Below, in pieces: positions 29,405 to 39,179 of a stretch of 64,000 bases of DNA. Source of the DNA: Candidatus Omnitrophota bacterium (lineage in GTDB: Bacteria; Omnitrophota; Gorgyraeia; Gygaellales; Profunditerraquicolaceae); NCBI GenBank assembly GCA_016208765.1, contig JACQXK010000001.1, positions 218 to 64,217 of the forward strand, given 5' to 3'. Each line of letters starts with the position of its first letter. The first letter of the stretch is position 1. The position numbers and the translations under genes are program-made. The notes beneath the pieces were generated by a model. The model had not been told where the DNA came from. It saw only the letters and a program-made list of their open reading frames with translations, and did no database searches.

Positions 29405-30059
29405 CACTTCAACAAAATATTTATGTATTGGCGTGTTTTGTGACGGCAAAGTTCATGAATATAACCTTGAAACAGGCCGGGAACTTTCGCGTTTAATCGC
29501 AGTTACCATTGACAGGGTTTTAAAGGCAGTCGGATTAGAGCCGGCTGATATTGGCTATTTTGCTTGCGGCCTTGGGCCGGGGTCTTTTACCGGTATGCGC
29601 GTGGGGGTCTCTTTTATTAAAGGCCTGGCTTGGGTGAATAAAAAGAAAGTAATAGGGATCTCCACTTTGGATATTTTGGCAAAAGGCATAAAAAGCGCAA
29701 ATCAAGATATTGTGCCGGTGATTGACGCAAAAAGAAATCTTTTTTATAGCTGTATTTTTAGTAATGCAAATGGACGGTTAAGAAGAAAAACGCCATATCT
29801 GTTGCTTAATCAGCAGGAGTTGCTAAAGAAAATAAAACCGCAAAGCATAATTCTTGGAGACGGGGTGCCATTATTGGGCAACCATATTTTTGGAGCGATA
29901 AGAGGAGCAGAAATCTTGGACAAAGATTACTGGTATCCTAAGGCCCATAATATTATTGAACTTGCTTTAGAAAAAATTAAAAATAAAAGTTTTAACAGCG
30001 CGTTTGATATAAAGCCTATTTATTTGTATCCCAAAGAATGTCAAATAAGGAATGTCTAA
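29385..30059 (+). CDS. tsaB: t6A biosynthesis protein TsaB
   Basis: ILAIDTS, GPGSFTGMRVG, IDAKR, P.Y near C-terminus. Confidence 0.92.
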   Translation: MKILAIDTSTKYLCIGVFCDGKVHEYNLETGRELSRLIAVTIDRVLKAVGLEPADIGYFACGLGPGSFTGMRVGVSFIKGLAWVNKKKVIGISTLDILAKGIKSANQDIVPVIDAKRNLFYSCIFSNANGRLRRKTPYLLLNQQELLKKIKPQSIILGDGVPLLGNHIFGAIRGAEILDKDYWYPKAHNIIELALEKIKNKSFNSAFDIKPIYLYPKECQIRNV

Positions 30060-31179
30060 AGCTATGCATACTCGTTATTACCGTCCTACATGGGCAGAAG
30101 TAAATTTAGCAAATCTCGGGCATAATTTCCGCCAGATTAAAAAGCATCTTAAGCCGGGGGTGAGGGTGCTGGTAACAGTTAAAGCTGATGCTTATGGGCA
30201 TGGCTTGCTGCCTGTAGCCAAAAGGCTTGTGGCTGAAGGAGTTGATTTTTTAGGAGTGGCATCCATTGACGAAGGCATAAAGCTCAGAGAATCCGGGATT
30301 ACCAAGCCTGTTTTAATCCTCGGGGTTATTCTTAAAGAGGACATTGCTCCTGTTTTTAAATACAACCTTACGCCTACTGTTTGTGATTTTGATTTGGCAA
30401 GCGCTTTAAACAAAAGAGCAAGGTCGTCAGGCAGGCCCATGAATATTCATATAAAAGTTGACACCGGTATGGGCCGCATCGGGGTTTTGCATCAGGATGC
30501 GTTTATTTTAATAAAGAGGATCAGTAATCTTAAGCATCTTAAAATTGAAGGACTTTTTACGCATTTTGCTTTTGCCGATATGGATAAAGATTTTACCTTG
30601 CATCAGGCAGGATTATTGGAGAGCTTGGTAAATAAGCTAAAATTAAAGGGGGTAAATATTCCCTTGATTCATGCAGCAAATAGCATGGGGATTATTGATT
30701 GTAAAAGCGCTCATTTTAATATGGTCAGGCCCGGTCTTGTTATTTACGGGCTTTATCCTAAAGAAAATCTTAGCATTCATTTAAAACCGGTATTGAGCCT
30801 AAAGACACGGGTGGTTTATGTTAAAAATGTCCCTGAAAGCTATGGAGTAAGTTACGGGCATGCCTATATAACAAAAACATCCACAAGGATAGTTACCTTG
30901 CCGATTGGCTATGGCGACGGATATCCGCGTAATTTGTCTAATATCGCCCCTGTTTTGATCAGGGGCAGGCGTTTTAAGCTTAGCGGCAGGATTTGCATGG
31001 ATCAGATTATGGTTGATGTTGGCCGTGTTCCGGTACGTGTCGGAGAAGAGGCAGTTTTGATCGGCAGCCAGAGAAGAAACAAGATTACTGCAGAAGAATT
31101 GGCCAGCTTGAGCGGTACTATCCCCTATGAAATAGCCTGCGGTTTAGGCAGCCGAATCCCGAGGGTTTATATTGATTAA
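30052..31179 (+). CDS. alr: Alanine racemase
   Basis: VKADAYGHG PLP lysine motif, KVDTGMGRIG, GRICMDQ, TIPYE. Confidence 0.96.
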   Translation: MSKAMHTRYYRPTWAEVNLANLGHNFRQIKKHLKPGVRVLVTVKADAYGHGLLPVAKRLVAEGVDFLGVASIDEGIKLRESGITKPVLILGVILKEDIAPVFKYNLTPTVCDFDLASALNKRARSSGRPMNIHIKVDTGMGRIGVLHQDAFILIKRISNLKHLKIEGLFTHFAFADMDKDFTLHQAGLLESLVNKLKLKGVNIPLIHAANSMGIIDCKSAHFNMVRPGLVIYGLYPKENLSIHLKPVLSLKTRVVYVKNVPESYGVSYGHAYITKTSTRIVTLPIGYGDGYPRNLSNIAPVLIRGRRFKLSGRICMDQIMVDVGRVPVRVGEEAVLIGSQRRNKITAEELASLSGTIPYEIACGLGSRIPRVYID

Positions 31180-32276
31180 GGAAGTGTTTTTATAAAGTAG
31201 ATTCCTGCTGAAAGCCCGATGATATGGCTGAGCGAAGCGGAGAGTATGGGAGGCAATATCCCTCCTTTTCCGAGCGCGATGCTGATGGCATCAAAAATGT
31301 AGTAAAGAAATCCCACCAGAATTGAAACTCCGATAGAAGATAATCCGGTAGCTTTTCTGCGCATTATTAGTGAAAACGGTATACCCAAAAGAATAATGAT
31401 CAGGTTTGTAAATGGGGCGGCGAACCTTTGATAAAGATCAACCTTTAAATTGCGGATAACACTTGAGGCTCCGCTTTTTGAAAGCCTCCAGATGTAATCT
31501 TCAAGCTGAGGGATGGTCATAAAATCCGGGCGTTGCCTTTGGTTTTGGAAATCACCCGGTTTTTCGGGTATGGACATGATTTCTTCTTCAAAATATGTAG
31601 GTTCCTGAATAACCTGCCCGTTTTTGTCAAAATTATAGGTAATGCACTGATAGAATTTCCATAGTCCATCCGAATAAATTCCTTTATTAGCGACGATTTT
31701 TTTTATCAGATTCTGATGCTCGTCGTGCTCTAAGATGGTGATCCCCTCCATGGTGTTTGTAGCGGCAAAATATCTATTGATAAAAAATAGACGGTTCTTA
31801 ATCCCGTACATAGAAAGGTTGTTGATTACTTCTTGTCGTTTTTGATTTGCCCTGCCTGCTCCATAATCCATTTGTTCACGGATATTTACCAGCTTAGCCT
31901 GCGAGCGGGATATTACTGCATTATTTACATAGAAAACAAAAATACTTATTATTACCCCAAAGACAATCGTGGTTTTTGTGATCTGGAAAACGCTCAGGCC
32001 TGATGAGCGCATTGCGATAATTTCATTATCCTGGTTTAATTTGCCAAACGAATAAAGCGTGCTTAAAAGGCAGGCAAATGGAGAGACTTGTACAAACATG
32101 ACAGGAAGGTTTAGCAGGTAATACTGAGCTAAAATATAAATGGGGATTTTTAATTTCATCAAATCTTCAAGGCGGGTGAGCACGTCAATAATAATGTAAA
32201 GAAAAAGGAAAATAAAAACACAGGAAATAAATATTTTTACAACGGGTTTTAATGTATAGCGGTCTAAGATGCGCAT
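31176..32276 (-). CDS. lptG: LPS export permease LptG (LptF/G family)
   Basis: MRILDRY start, NEIIAMRSSG motif, 3+3 TM layout; second of the pair. Confidence 0.8.
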   Translation of the reverse strand: MRILDRYTLKPVVKIFISCVFIFLFLYIIIDVLTRLEDLMKLKIPIYILAQYYLLNLPVMFVQVSPFACLLSTLYSFGKLNQDNEIIAMRSSGLSVFQITKTTIVFGVIISIFVFYVNNAVISRSQAKLVNIREQMDYGAGRANQKRQEVINNLSMYGIKNRLFFINRYFAATNTMEGITILEHDEHQNLIKKIVANKGIYSDGLWKFYQCITYNFDKNGQVIQEPTYFEEEIMSIPEKPGDFQNQRQRPDFMTIPQLEDYIWRLSKSGASSVIRNLKVDLYQRFAAPFTNLIIILLGIPFSLIMRRKATGLSSIGVSILVGFLYYIFDAISIALGKGGILPPILSASLSHIIGLSAGIYFIKTLP

Positions 32277-33364
32277 GTTTTAATCGTTAAAAATGTTCCT
32301 AAGGCTGCGAAAATAGCGTTTGGTATCCACATGGCTAAATGCGGATTAATTTTTGCCTCCATGCCCAAGGCCGCGGCTCCGATAATAAGAGGATAATATA
32401 CAAGGATAATCAGCACCGCTATTCCTATATTAATAGCTTTTTCTCTTCGGCGCGTAATCAAGGCAAGGGGCGCTCCGATAAGTATAAATACAAAACAGGA
32501 CAGTGCAAGGTTGATCTTTTCGTTAATTTGCGTTACAAGAGGGGCAGGGTCAATTCCGTTTTTTTGTAATTTTCTGATTTCCTGCCGAAGCTCCTTGATG
32601 GTCATGTCTTTTGGTTTCTTATCAAGTTTTTCTTTGTTAGTCTGAGAAAGATTTAAATTCATAAAGTATGTTTTGAAATTAAGCTTATAAAAGTTTGTGG
32701 GGTTTTCCAAGTCCGGCTCATCCGAAGTGCCGTCTACAAGTTTTAATTTTATGATTTTCTTTTCGGGGATGGCGATAAATTCACCGCTTCGCGCGACAAT
32801 AGTGCGGGTAGGTTTTCCTTCCTGCGGTTCGTATATACGCACGTTATAAATCTTATTTTTTTTCTGGTCCACACGGTAGATAAAAAGCACGTATTTCTGA
32901 AAAGAATTTATAAAGACACCTTCTTCAAAGGCAGCTGTCGGATTCTTGAGCCCGACCTGAGTCAGTGTCTGCCGGTAGGCATAGTGCGCATAGGCAGAGG
33001 CACGGTCATTAAAGATTATGAGCCCAAGGCTTAAGATCGCCCCGATTACAATAAAAGGAAAAATTAGCTTTATGATATTTACTCCGCTTGAACGTATGGC
33101 AATAACCTCGTTGTCGCTTGAAAGCCTTCCTAATGATAAAAGCACCGCAATTAAGACGGAGATCGGAAGCGCGTAGGTAACAATGTATGGCATCATGAAT
33201 AAGAAAAGTTTTAAAACGCTAAAAATATCTACGCCTTTATTGATTACAAGGTCAGCGATTCTTTTGAGGTTGCCCACCAGGACCATCACAAAGCTTAATA
33301 CCCCTAAAGACAAGAATAGAGGAGTAAGAAATTCCCGAAGAAAATAATTACGTAATGTTTTCAT
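32264..33364 (-). CDS. lptF: LPS export permease LptF (LptF/G family)
   Basis: Y.LREFL.P, GRLSSDNEVIAIRSSG, WIPN; first of the pair. Confidence 0.8.
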   Translation of the reverse strand: MKTLRNYFLREFLTPLFLSLGVLSFVMVLVGNLKRIADLVINKGVDIFSVLKLFLFMMPYIVTYALPISVLIAVLLSLGRLSSDNEVIAIRSSGVNIIKLIFPFIVIGAILSLGLIIFNDRASAYAHYAYRQTLTQVGLKNPTAAFEEGVFINSFQKYVLFIYRVDQKKNKIYNVRIYEPQEGKPTRTIVARSGEFIAIPEKKIIKLKLVDGTSDEPDLENPTNFYKLNFKTYFMNLNLSQTNKEKLDKKPKDMTIKELRQEIRKLQKNGIDPAPLVTQINEKINLALSCFVFILIGAPLALITRRREKAINIGIAVLIILVYYPLIIGAAALGMEAKINPHLAMWIPNAIFAALGTFLTIKTCAS

Positions 33365-33367
33365 TGG

Positions 33368-34108
33368 TTAGTTAGCAAGAGTAATGGCGAAGATGACATT
33401 TGCGCCGGACTCTTTTAGGGGCCGGCTGGCTTCAGATGCGGTGGCCCCCGAAGTTAAAACATCATCAATTAGCAGGATATTTTTACCTCGTATATCTCGT
33501 TTATTAGTAAAAGTAAAACAGCCTTTTACATTGTTGAACCTTTGGTTGTGGTCTAATTCTGTCTGCGTGCCGGTATTGCGGCTGCGCAAGATCACGTCAG
33601 TTAAAATATCTTTATTGAATTCATCCGCGATTATTTTTGCCAGAAGATGCGCTTGGTTAAATTCTCTCTCGCGCAGCTTTGTTTCATAAAGGGGCACAGG
33701 GATAATGAAATCAATGTAGCTAATGGGCAGGTTATATTCTTTAATGAAATTTGTCATTAGTTTTCCAAGTCCGTCGGCAAGATGGTCCTTATTTCTATAT
33801 TTAAACTCATGGATTAATTCTTTGATTGTCCCTGTGTAACTGCAGGGGCTAAAGGCCCGGTCAAAATGAAATATTTTTCTCTGGCACTGCCCGCAGGTAT
33901 TTTTAGAATAATTCTTTTTGTCTAATTGCCTTCCGCATGAAGAACAGAAAGGAGGCAGATTTACCAATATGTTCTTGCGGCATGGCCCGCAGATAAAATT
34001 ATCAAGCGCCTTGCCCGGATTATTGCCGGTTGTAAACTTTTTTTTGCAGGCAAGGCAGGTTTTAGGATAAATTAAATCCGTTAAACCATTAAAAATATTG
34101 CGCAGCAT
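33368..34108 (-). CDS. comF: ComF family protein (double zinc ribbon plus PRTase)
   Basis: Four CxxC motifs, IIPVPL, REFNQA, ILLIDDVLTSGAT. Confidence 0.88.
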   Translation of the reverse strand: MLRNIFNGLTDLIYPKTCLACKKKFTTGNNPGKALDNFICGPCRKNILVNLPPFCSSCGRQLDKKNYSKNTCGQCQRKIFHFDRAFSPCSYTGTIKELIHEFKYRNKDHLADGLGKLMTNFIKEYNLPISYIDFIIPVPLYETKLREREFNQAHLLAKIIADEFNKDILTDVILRSRNTGTQTELDHNQRFNNVKGCFTFTNKRDIRGKNILLIDDVLTSGATASEASRPLKESGANVIFAITLAN

Positions 34109-34114
34109 AGGGAT

Positions 34115-34143
34115 ATAATAACAATGAAATTATCTTTTGTCAA
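34115..34143 (-). promoter_or_regulatory. Sigma70 promoter of comF-lptFG, leaderless geometry
   Basis: Minus strand TTGACA-17 bp-TATTAT with TG extension; 6 nt before ATG at 34108. Confidence 0.6.
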
Positions 34144-34294
34144 AATAAATAGAAAGCGGAGATTTCTGGGAGATTTTTTACCTGGTCCTTGACATTTGTC
34201 TTTAAATATGTTAGCCTTAATAGCACGTTATAGTAACTTATGAATATTTATAAGAAGTAATTAATTTTCGGTATAGAAAACGGTTGTGTAAAAT

Positions 34295-34516
34295 ATGGAA
34301 AAAGATAAGTTTCTGACAGTTGATGAGCTTTGCAAATACATCAAGATTCCCAAACCGACAATTTACATGCTGCTTGGCAAAGGGCATATCCCTGCAGCCA
34401 AGATCGGCAGGCAATGGAGGTTCAATAAAGACTCAATTGATGAGTGGATGAGGAAAAAAGAGGAGTATTACACCACAAGAAAAGAACGAAGAAAACGATC
34501 CGTATACAATTCATAA
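34295..34516 (+). CDS. Excisionase/MerR-like helix-turn-helix protein (HTH_17 type)
   Basis: LTVDELCKYIKI...TIY...IPAAKIGRQWRF. Confidence 0.88.
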   Translation: MEKDKFLTVDELCKYIKIPKPTIYMLLGKGHIPAAKIGRQWRFNKDSIDEWMRKKEEYYTTRKERRKRSVYNS

Positions 34517-34595
34517 GCAAACGGAATCATAATTATATAAGTTCTTAAGAGTGTAAAAAGTTGCATAGCCTAAGTAATGGCTCAACAGTGAGTAA

Positions 34596-35834
34596 ATGCG
34601 CAAAAAAAGGATCGTCATTACAGGCATAGGTGTGGTATCTCCGGTTGGCCTCGGGAAAGAAGCTTTCTGGCATAACCTTTGGGAAGGTAAGCCGGGATTC
34701 GGGCCAATCAGTCTTTTTGATACCTCTGACCTTAAGGTTAAGGTCGCAGGCGAGGCCTCTGGATTTAACCCCCAGGAAATATTGGGGAAAAGAGGTTTGA
34801 TTGACCTTGACCGCGCCACGACACTATTATTATCCGCCGCTAAGTTTTGCCTTCAAGATAGCCAAATAGATTTAGCTAATATCAACTCTCCGACTACCGG
34901 TATTTGTATCGGCACTACCTTCGGAAGCCTCAACAGCCTTTCTGAGTTTGACGAACAATCTCTTCAGGAGGGGCCAAATTTTGTTAATGCCTCCAGATTT
35001 CCTAATACCGTAATCAATTCCCCGGCGAGCCGCGCAGCAATCCGTTATGGAATTAAAGGGCCGAATACTACTGTTTCCACAGGTTTCTGCGCCAGCCTTG
35101 ATGCCCTGGAGCACGCGGTTGATACTATTAACGCCGGGCGTGCAGAGAGGATAATTGCTGGCGGGCTTGAAGAGATGTGTATCCAGACCTTTCTTGGTTT
35201 TTACAGGCTCGGGTATCTGTCCGGCCTGAAGAATAACTATGAGCCAACAAGCTGTCCTTTTGACAAGAGAAGGGATGGTATAATTTTCTCCGAGGGGTCT
35301 GGAGTTTTTCTGGTTGAGGAGTTAGATGCTGCGCTTAACCGCAATGCGCATATTTATGCTGAGGTTCTTGGTATTGGTTCTGATTTTGACCCGTTTCGTT
35401 TGCACAAATTTAATCCAAAGGCTCGCGGCATGATAGAGGCGATGCAGTTTGCCTTGGAAGACGCGGGCATTGATACAGGTAAAATTGATTGTATTTTTGC
35501 CAATGCCAATTCAACTCCAGACGGAGATTATGTTGAGGCGAGGGCAATCCGGGAAGTTTTCCAAAAGCAGGCAGATGAAGTTCCGGTAACTGCCGTAAAA
35601 TCTATTACCGGTGAGTCGTTTAGCGCAGGAGGAAGTTTTGCGCTTGCTGCTGCTTTAGGCACTCTTGAAACAGGGCTTATTCCTCCGATAGTTAATTTTG
35701 AACAGGCAGATGCAGCAAGCAGGCTTAATTTTGTAAGTGATTCGGCAAGGATGGATAATGTTGATAAAATTATGATTAATGCCTTTGGTCCGAATGGCGC
35801 AAATAGTTCTGTGGTAATAGGGAGATATTATTAA
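34596..35834 (+). CDS. Ketosynthase homolog lacking the catalytic triad (chain-length-factor-like)
   Basis: FabF fold (RIVITGIG, PFDKRRDG, SEG) but STGFCAS, FANANST and KSITGES in place of TACASG, SAHGTGT and KSMLGHT. Confidence 0.8.
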   Translation: MRKKRIVITGIGVVSPVGLGKEAFWHNLWEGKPGFGPISLFDTSDLKVKVAGEASGFNPQEILGKRGLIDLDRATTLLLSAAKFCLQDSQIDLANINSPTTGICIGTTFGSLNSLSEFDEQSLQEGPNFVNASRFPNTVINSPASRAAIRYGIKGPNTTVSTGFCASLDALEHAVDTINAGRAERIIAGGLEEMCIQTFLGFYRLGYLSGLKNNYEPTSCPFDKRRDGIIFSEGSGVFLVEELDAALNRNAHIYAEVLGIGSDFDPFRLHKFNPKARGMIEAMQFALEDAGIDTGKIDCIFANANSTPDGDYVEARAIREVFQKQADEVPVTAVKSITGESFSAGGSFALAAALGTLETGLIPPIVNFEQADAASRLNFVSDSARMDNVDKIMINAFGPNGANSSVVIGRYY

Positions 35835-35835
35835 G

Positions 35836-36273
35836 ATGGCTTATCTTAATATTGAGCAGATAATGCAAAGTATTTCGCAAAGGTTCCCGATGTTGTTTGT
35901 TGACAGGATCATTGAGCTTGAGCCGGGAAAGCAGGTTACAGCGATAAAAAATGTAACGATGAATGAACAATTTTTTTCAGGGCACTTTCCGGATGCCCCT
36001 ATTATGCCCGGGACATTGATTGTTGAAGCAATGGCGCAGGTCTCAACTTTTCTTTTTTATAATCCCGAGGACCCTCATAAAAAACTTGATTTCTTTTTGG
36101 GTGTAATTAAAGATGCCCGTTTTTTTAGGCCTGTAGTTCCCGGTGACAAAATAAAGATTGTTGCCCAGAGTATCCGGCTGGCAGAAGATAGCGCATACGT
36201 TAAGGCAAGCGCAGTTGTTGAGGATGCAAAGGTTTGTGAGGCAGAGCTTGTATTCGTGCGGAGAAAGAAATGA
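35836..36273 (+). CDS. fabZ: 3-hydroxyacyl-ACP dehydratase (FabZ family)
   Basis: RFPMLFVDRI, KNVTMNE.FF.GHFP..PIMPG.LIVEAMAQ. Confidence 0.88.
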   Translation: MAYLNIEQIMQSISQRFPMLFVDRIIELEPGKQVTAIKNVTMNEQFFSGHFPDAPIMPGTLIVEAMAQVSTFLFYNPEDPHKKLDFFLGVIKDARFFRPVVPGDKIKIVAQSIRLAEDSAYVKASAVVEDAKVCEAELVFVRRKK

Positions 36274-37481
36274 AAAGAATTGTTATTACCGGCCTTGGGG
36301 CGGTTACTTCTATCGGATTGGGATGGAAAGATTTCTGGGTTAACCTTTTAGAAGGAAGATCCGGTATTTCAAAGATAACGGTTTTTGATACATCAAGGCA
36401 CGTAACTCACGTGGGAGGCGAGGTAAAAAGTTTTCGCCCGGAAGATTTTATTCCAAGGGCAAAAATAAAATATATCGGCAGGGCTTCGCAATTGGCGATT
36501 GCCGCGACTAAAATGGCATTGGCTGATGCAAAACTGGAAAAAGAGCTTTATTCTGAGGTGAGGACTTCGGTTTGCCTTGGTACGACTATGGGAGAGATCA
36601 GGTCGGTGGAAACCGCGGATCATTCCTGGATTAATTCAAGTAAAGATAAGCATCAGATTGACCCTTTTGAGGTTTACCGTTCTTCGGTAAATAATATCCC
36701 CTCAAATGTAGCCATTGCGTTTCACTTAAAAGGAAGGAACCGTATTTTTACCACTGCCTGTGCATCAGGAAATTACGCTATTGGCTACGGGTTTGATCTT
36801 TTGCGTTCAGGAAAAACAGACCTTGTTGTTGCAGGAGGCGCAGATGCACTTTCTTGGATTGCCTTTACCGGTTTTAATAAAGTGAGCGCCACTGCTCCAG
36901 AAAGATGCCAGCCTTTTGACAAAAATAGATTAGGCATGATCCCCGGAGAGGGCTCGGGTGTGTTAGTGCTTGAGGATTTGGATTCTGCGCTTTTGCGGGG
37001 TGCGCCTATTTATGCAGAAATCTTAGGCTATGGTTTAAGCTGTGATGCCAATCATATGACCAATCCAAATCCCGAGGGGGTTGCTGCTTGCATGCGCAAT
37101 GCCATGCTTGATGCCGGAATAAAACCAAGAGATGTTGATTATATCAGCGCGCATGGCACTGGAACTATTTTTAATGATAGGACAGAGAGTGCTGCTATTA
37201 ACGAGGTTTTTGGCAAGCGTTCGGTAAAGGTGAGCTCAATTAAGTCTATGCTGGGCCATACCATGGGAGCGGCCTCGGCAATTGAGGCAATTGCCTGCTG
37301 CCTTGCCTTAAAAGACCAGGTGCTTCCTCCGACGATAAATTATGAAACTCCGGATCCGGAATGTGATATAGATTGTATTCCTAATGCCGCCAGAAAACAA
37401 AAAGTGGATGTGGTTTTGAACAATGGTTTTGCTTTTGGCGGGAATAATGCTTGTGTCGTGTTAAAAAGATTTACAACTTGA
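36270..37481 (+). CDS. fabF: Beta-ketoacyl-ACP synthase (FabF-like, intact Cys-His-His)
   Basis: TTACASG, SAHGTGT, KSMLGHT, FAFGGNN. Confidence 0.88.
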   Translation: MKRIVITGLGAVTSIGLGWKDFWVNLLEGRSGISKITVFDTSRHVTHVGGEVKSFRPEDFIPRAKIKYIGRASQLAIAATKMALADAKLEKELYSEVRTSVCLGTTMGEIRSVETADHSWINSSKDKHQIDPFEVYRSSVNNIPSNVAIAFHLKGRNRIFTTACASGNYAIGYGFDLLRSGKTDLVVAGGADALSWIAFTGFNKVSATAPERCQPFDKNRLGMIPGEGSGVLVLEDLDSALLRGAPIYAEILGYGLSCDANHMTNPNPEGVAACMRNAMLDAGIKPRDVDYISAHGTGTIFNDRTESAAINEVFGKRSVKVSSIKSMLGHTMGAASAIEAIACCLALKDQVLPPTINYETPDPECDIDCIPNAARKQKVDVVLNNGFAFGGNNACVVLKRFTT

Positions 37482-37494
37482 AAAGGAGGAAGCG

Positions 37495-37746
37495 ATGTTA
37501 GAGAATTTAGAAATGGAATTTAAGGAGATGTTATCAAAATTAACCGGGCTTGAACCAACTGAAATCGGCGACGAGGATGATTTGTTTAAAGACCTGGGGA
37601 TTGATTCTTTAAAGGTTATTGAGATTGCCACGCAAATTGAACGTAACTACAAAGTTGTGGTAAAAGACAGCCAGTTGGCGCGCCTGCGTACAGTAAAAGA
37701 CGCGGTAACTTTTTTAAGGGACCTTTTGGAGAAAAAGAATGCCTAA
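37495..37746 (+). CDS. Acyl carrier protein
   Basis: DLGIDSL phosphopantetheine motif, acidic 83-aa protein, TVKDAV. Confidence 0.9.
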   Translation: MLENLEMEFKEMLSKLTGLEPTEIGDEDDLFKDLGIDSLKVIEIATQIERNYKVVVKDSQLARLRTVKDAVTFLRDLLEKKNA

Positions 37747-39049
37747 GGAAAAAAGAATTGCCATTACCGGTATAGGCCCGCTTGCATCCATTGGCACGGG
37801 CCGTAAAGAATTGTGGCAGAATTTGCTCGCCGGTAAAACTAATATTAAACTTGATGAAGCTTATATTGGAGACGAGCTTTGGGATAAATATCATTTTCAC
37901 AAGGTTGACAATTTTGATATTTCCCGTTTCGGCCTTGACAGGGGCGCTTTGGATTGGATCAAAGACTGGAAGCAGGGTGATGAAATAAAGGATTTATTAT
38001 ATTTGTTAGCCGTGATCAAGCTTGCTATTGATGACAGTGGGTTAGTGTATAATCCAGATGCTGAAAGTGATTTCGGTTTGGTTTTAGCTCATGAAAATAT
38101 GGCGCTGATCCCGTTTTTATTTAAGGTCAGCGAAACTGCGTATAATCTCATGAGCGATAAATCAAAACAGCTTACAAAAAAGAAGTTTTACGACGAGGTT
38201 TATCGTCTTTGTCTTAAGGCTGGTTATGATGTTCAGCCGTTTATGACCTTGTTTCATGTGGCAAAAGTGTTTAATGTCAGGCAGCATTCTTTATTTATTT
38301 GTAATGCCTGTGCTTCGGGATTGTATGCTTTGGAAACCGCCAGTGAAATGATACATAGTAATCAGAATTCTTCGGTGATTGTTGCGGCTTCGGATTTTCC
38401 GGATATTTACAAGTATTTATGGTTTAGGGACCTGGGAATTTATTCTAAAGATGGGATTTGCCGGCCATTTTCCAAAGATAGTAACGGCCTTGTTTTTGGA
38501 GACGGCGGAGTCGCAATTGTTATGGAAGATATGGAACATGCAAAAAAACGCAATGCTCCCATATATGGTGAATATTTGGGCGGTGGTTTTGCTCTTGAAG
38601 GTTGGCAGGTCACTGTGCCAAAAGTCGGTAGTGATTCTTATCAGAACGCGATGTTAAAGGCCTTGGAGCAGAGCAAGGTAAAGAGAGAAGATATAGATTT
38701 GCTCTGCCCGCACGGAGTAGGCTCGCATGTTATTGATTATTATGAATCAAAGGCAATTACTGAGATTTTCGGAGACAACCCTAAAAAACCATTAATTACT
38801 GCTTTTAAGCCTTACGTCGGGCACAACTTGGGAGGCAGCGCTTTACTTGAAGCGGCGATTTTGCTGCTTTGTTTGAGTAATGACACGGTTTTACCCGCTC
38901 TTAATTCCAGCAATTCTAATCCCGCCTATAAAATCCAACTTGTTCAGCAAACAGCAAAAACCAGGCTTAAAACTGTAATGAAAGCTTGTGCTGCCTTTGC
39001 CGGATTCAATTCCGCAGTGGTGTTTGGGAAGGGTGATAGCCTTGTGTAG
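37739..39049 (+). CDS. Divergent beta-ketoacyl synthase (intact Cys-His-His)
   Basis: CNACASG, CPHGVGS, KPYVGHN, AFAGFN; atypical N-terminal half. Confidence 0.85.
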   Translation: MPKEKRIAITGIGPLASIGTGRKELWQNLLAGKTNIKLDEAYIGDELWDKYHFHKVDNFDISRFGLDRGALDWIKDWKQGDEIKDLLYLLAVIKLAIDDSGLVYNPDAESDFGLVLAHENMALIPFLFKVSETAYNLMSDKSKQLTKKKFYDEVYRLCLKAGYDVQPFMTLFHVAKVFNVRQHSLFICNACASGLYALETASEMIHSNQNSSVIVAASDFPDIYKYLWFRDLGIYSKDGICRPFSKDSNGLVFGDGGVAIVMEDMEHAKKRNAPIYGEYLGGGFALEGWQVTVPKVGSDSYQNAMLKALEQSKVKREDIDLLCPHGVGSHVIDYYESKAITEIFGDNPKKPLITAFKPYVGHNLGGSALLEAAILLLCLSNDTVLPALNSSNSNPAYKIQLVQQTAKTRLKTVMKACAAFAGFNSAVVFGKGDSLV

Positions 39050-39092
39050 CACATTTTATACCAGCGAGTTACATCCCTGAAGAAAATCTGTC

Positions 39093-39120
39093 TTGACTCC
39101 TGAAAATTACATGTTATATT
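39093..39120 (+). promoter_or_regulatory. Promoter of RHS locus, flanked by inverted repeat
   Basis: TTGACT-16 bp-TATATT with TG extension; AAAATCTG (39083-39090) / CAGATTTT (39126-39133). Confidence 0.5.
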
Positions 39121-39179
39121 GAAATCAGATTTTGCCACGGAGAGAAAGCAGATTCTCTTAATAAGGAAAGGCTGAAATC

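Noticed and set aside
34235-34258. Near-palindrome CTTATGAATATTTATAAG and a similar AACTTA..TATAAGAAGT string at 48901
   Set aside because: AT-rich, with different spacing in the two places; could be an operator but cannot be told from chance here.
34295-34516. Prophage or ICE boundary implied by the excisionase-like HTH
   Set aside because: No integrase, tRNA, att repeat or phage gene was found; this HTH family often acts as a plain regulator.
34596-39049. Assignment as aryl polyene or ladderane cluster
   Set aside because: No ketoreductase, acyl-CoA ligase, glycosyltransferase or radical SAM genes nearby; product class cannot be named.
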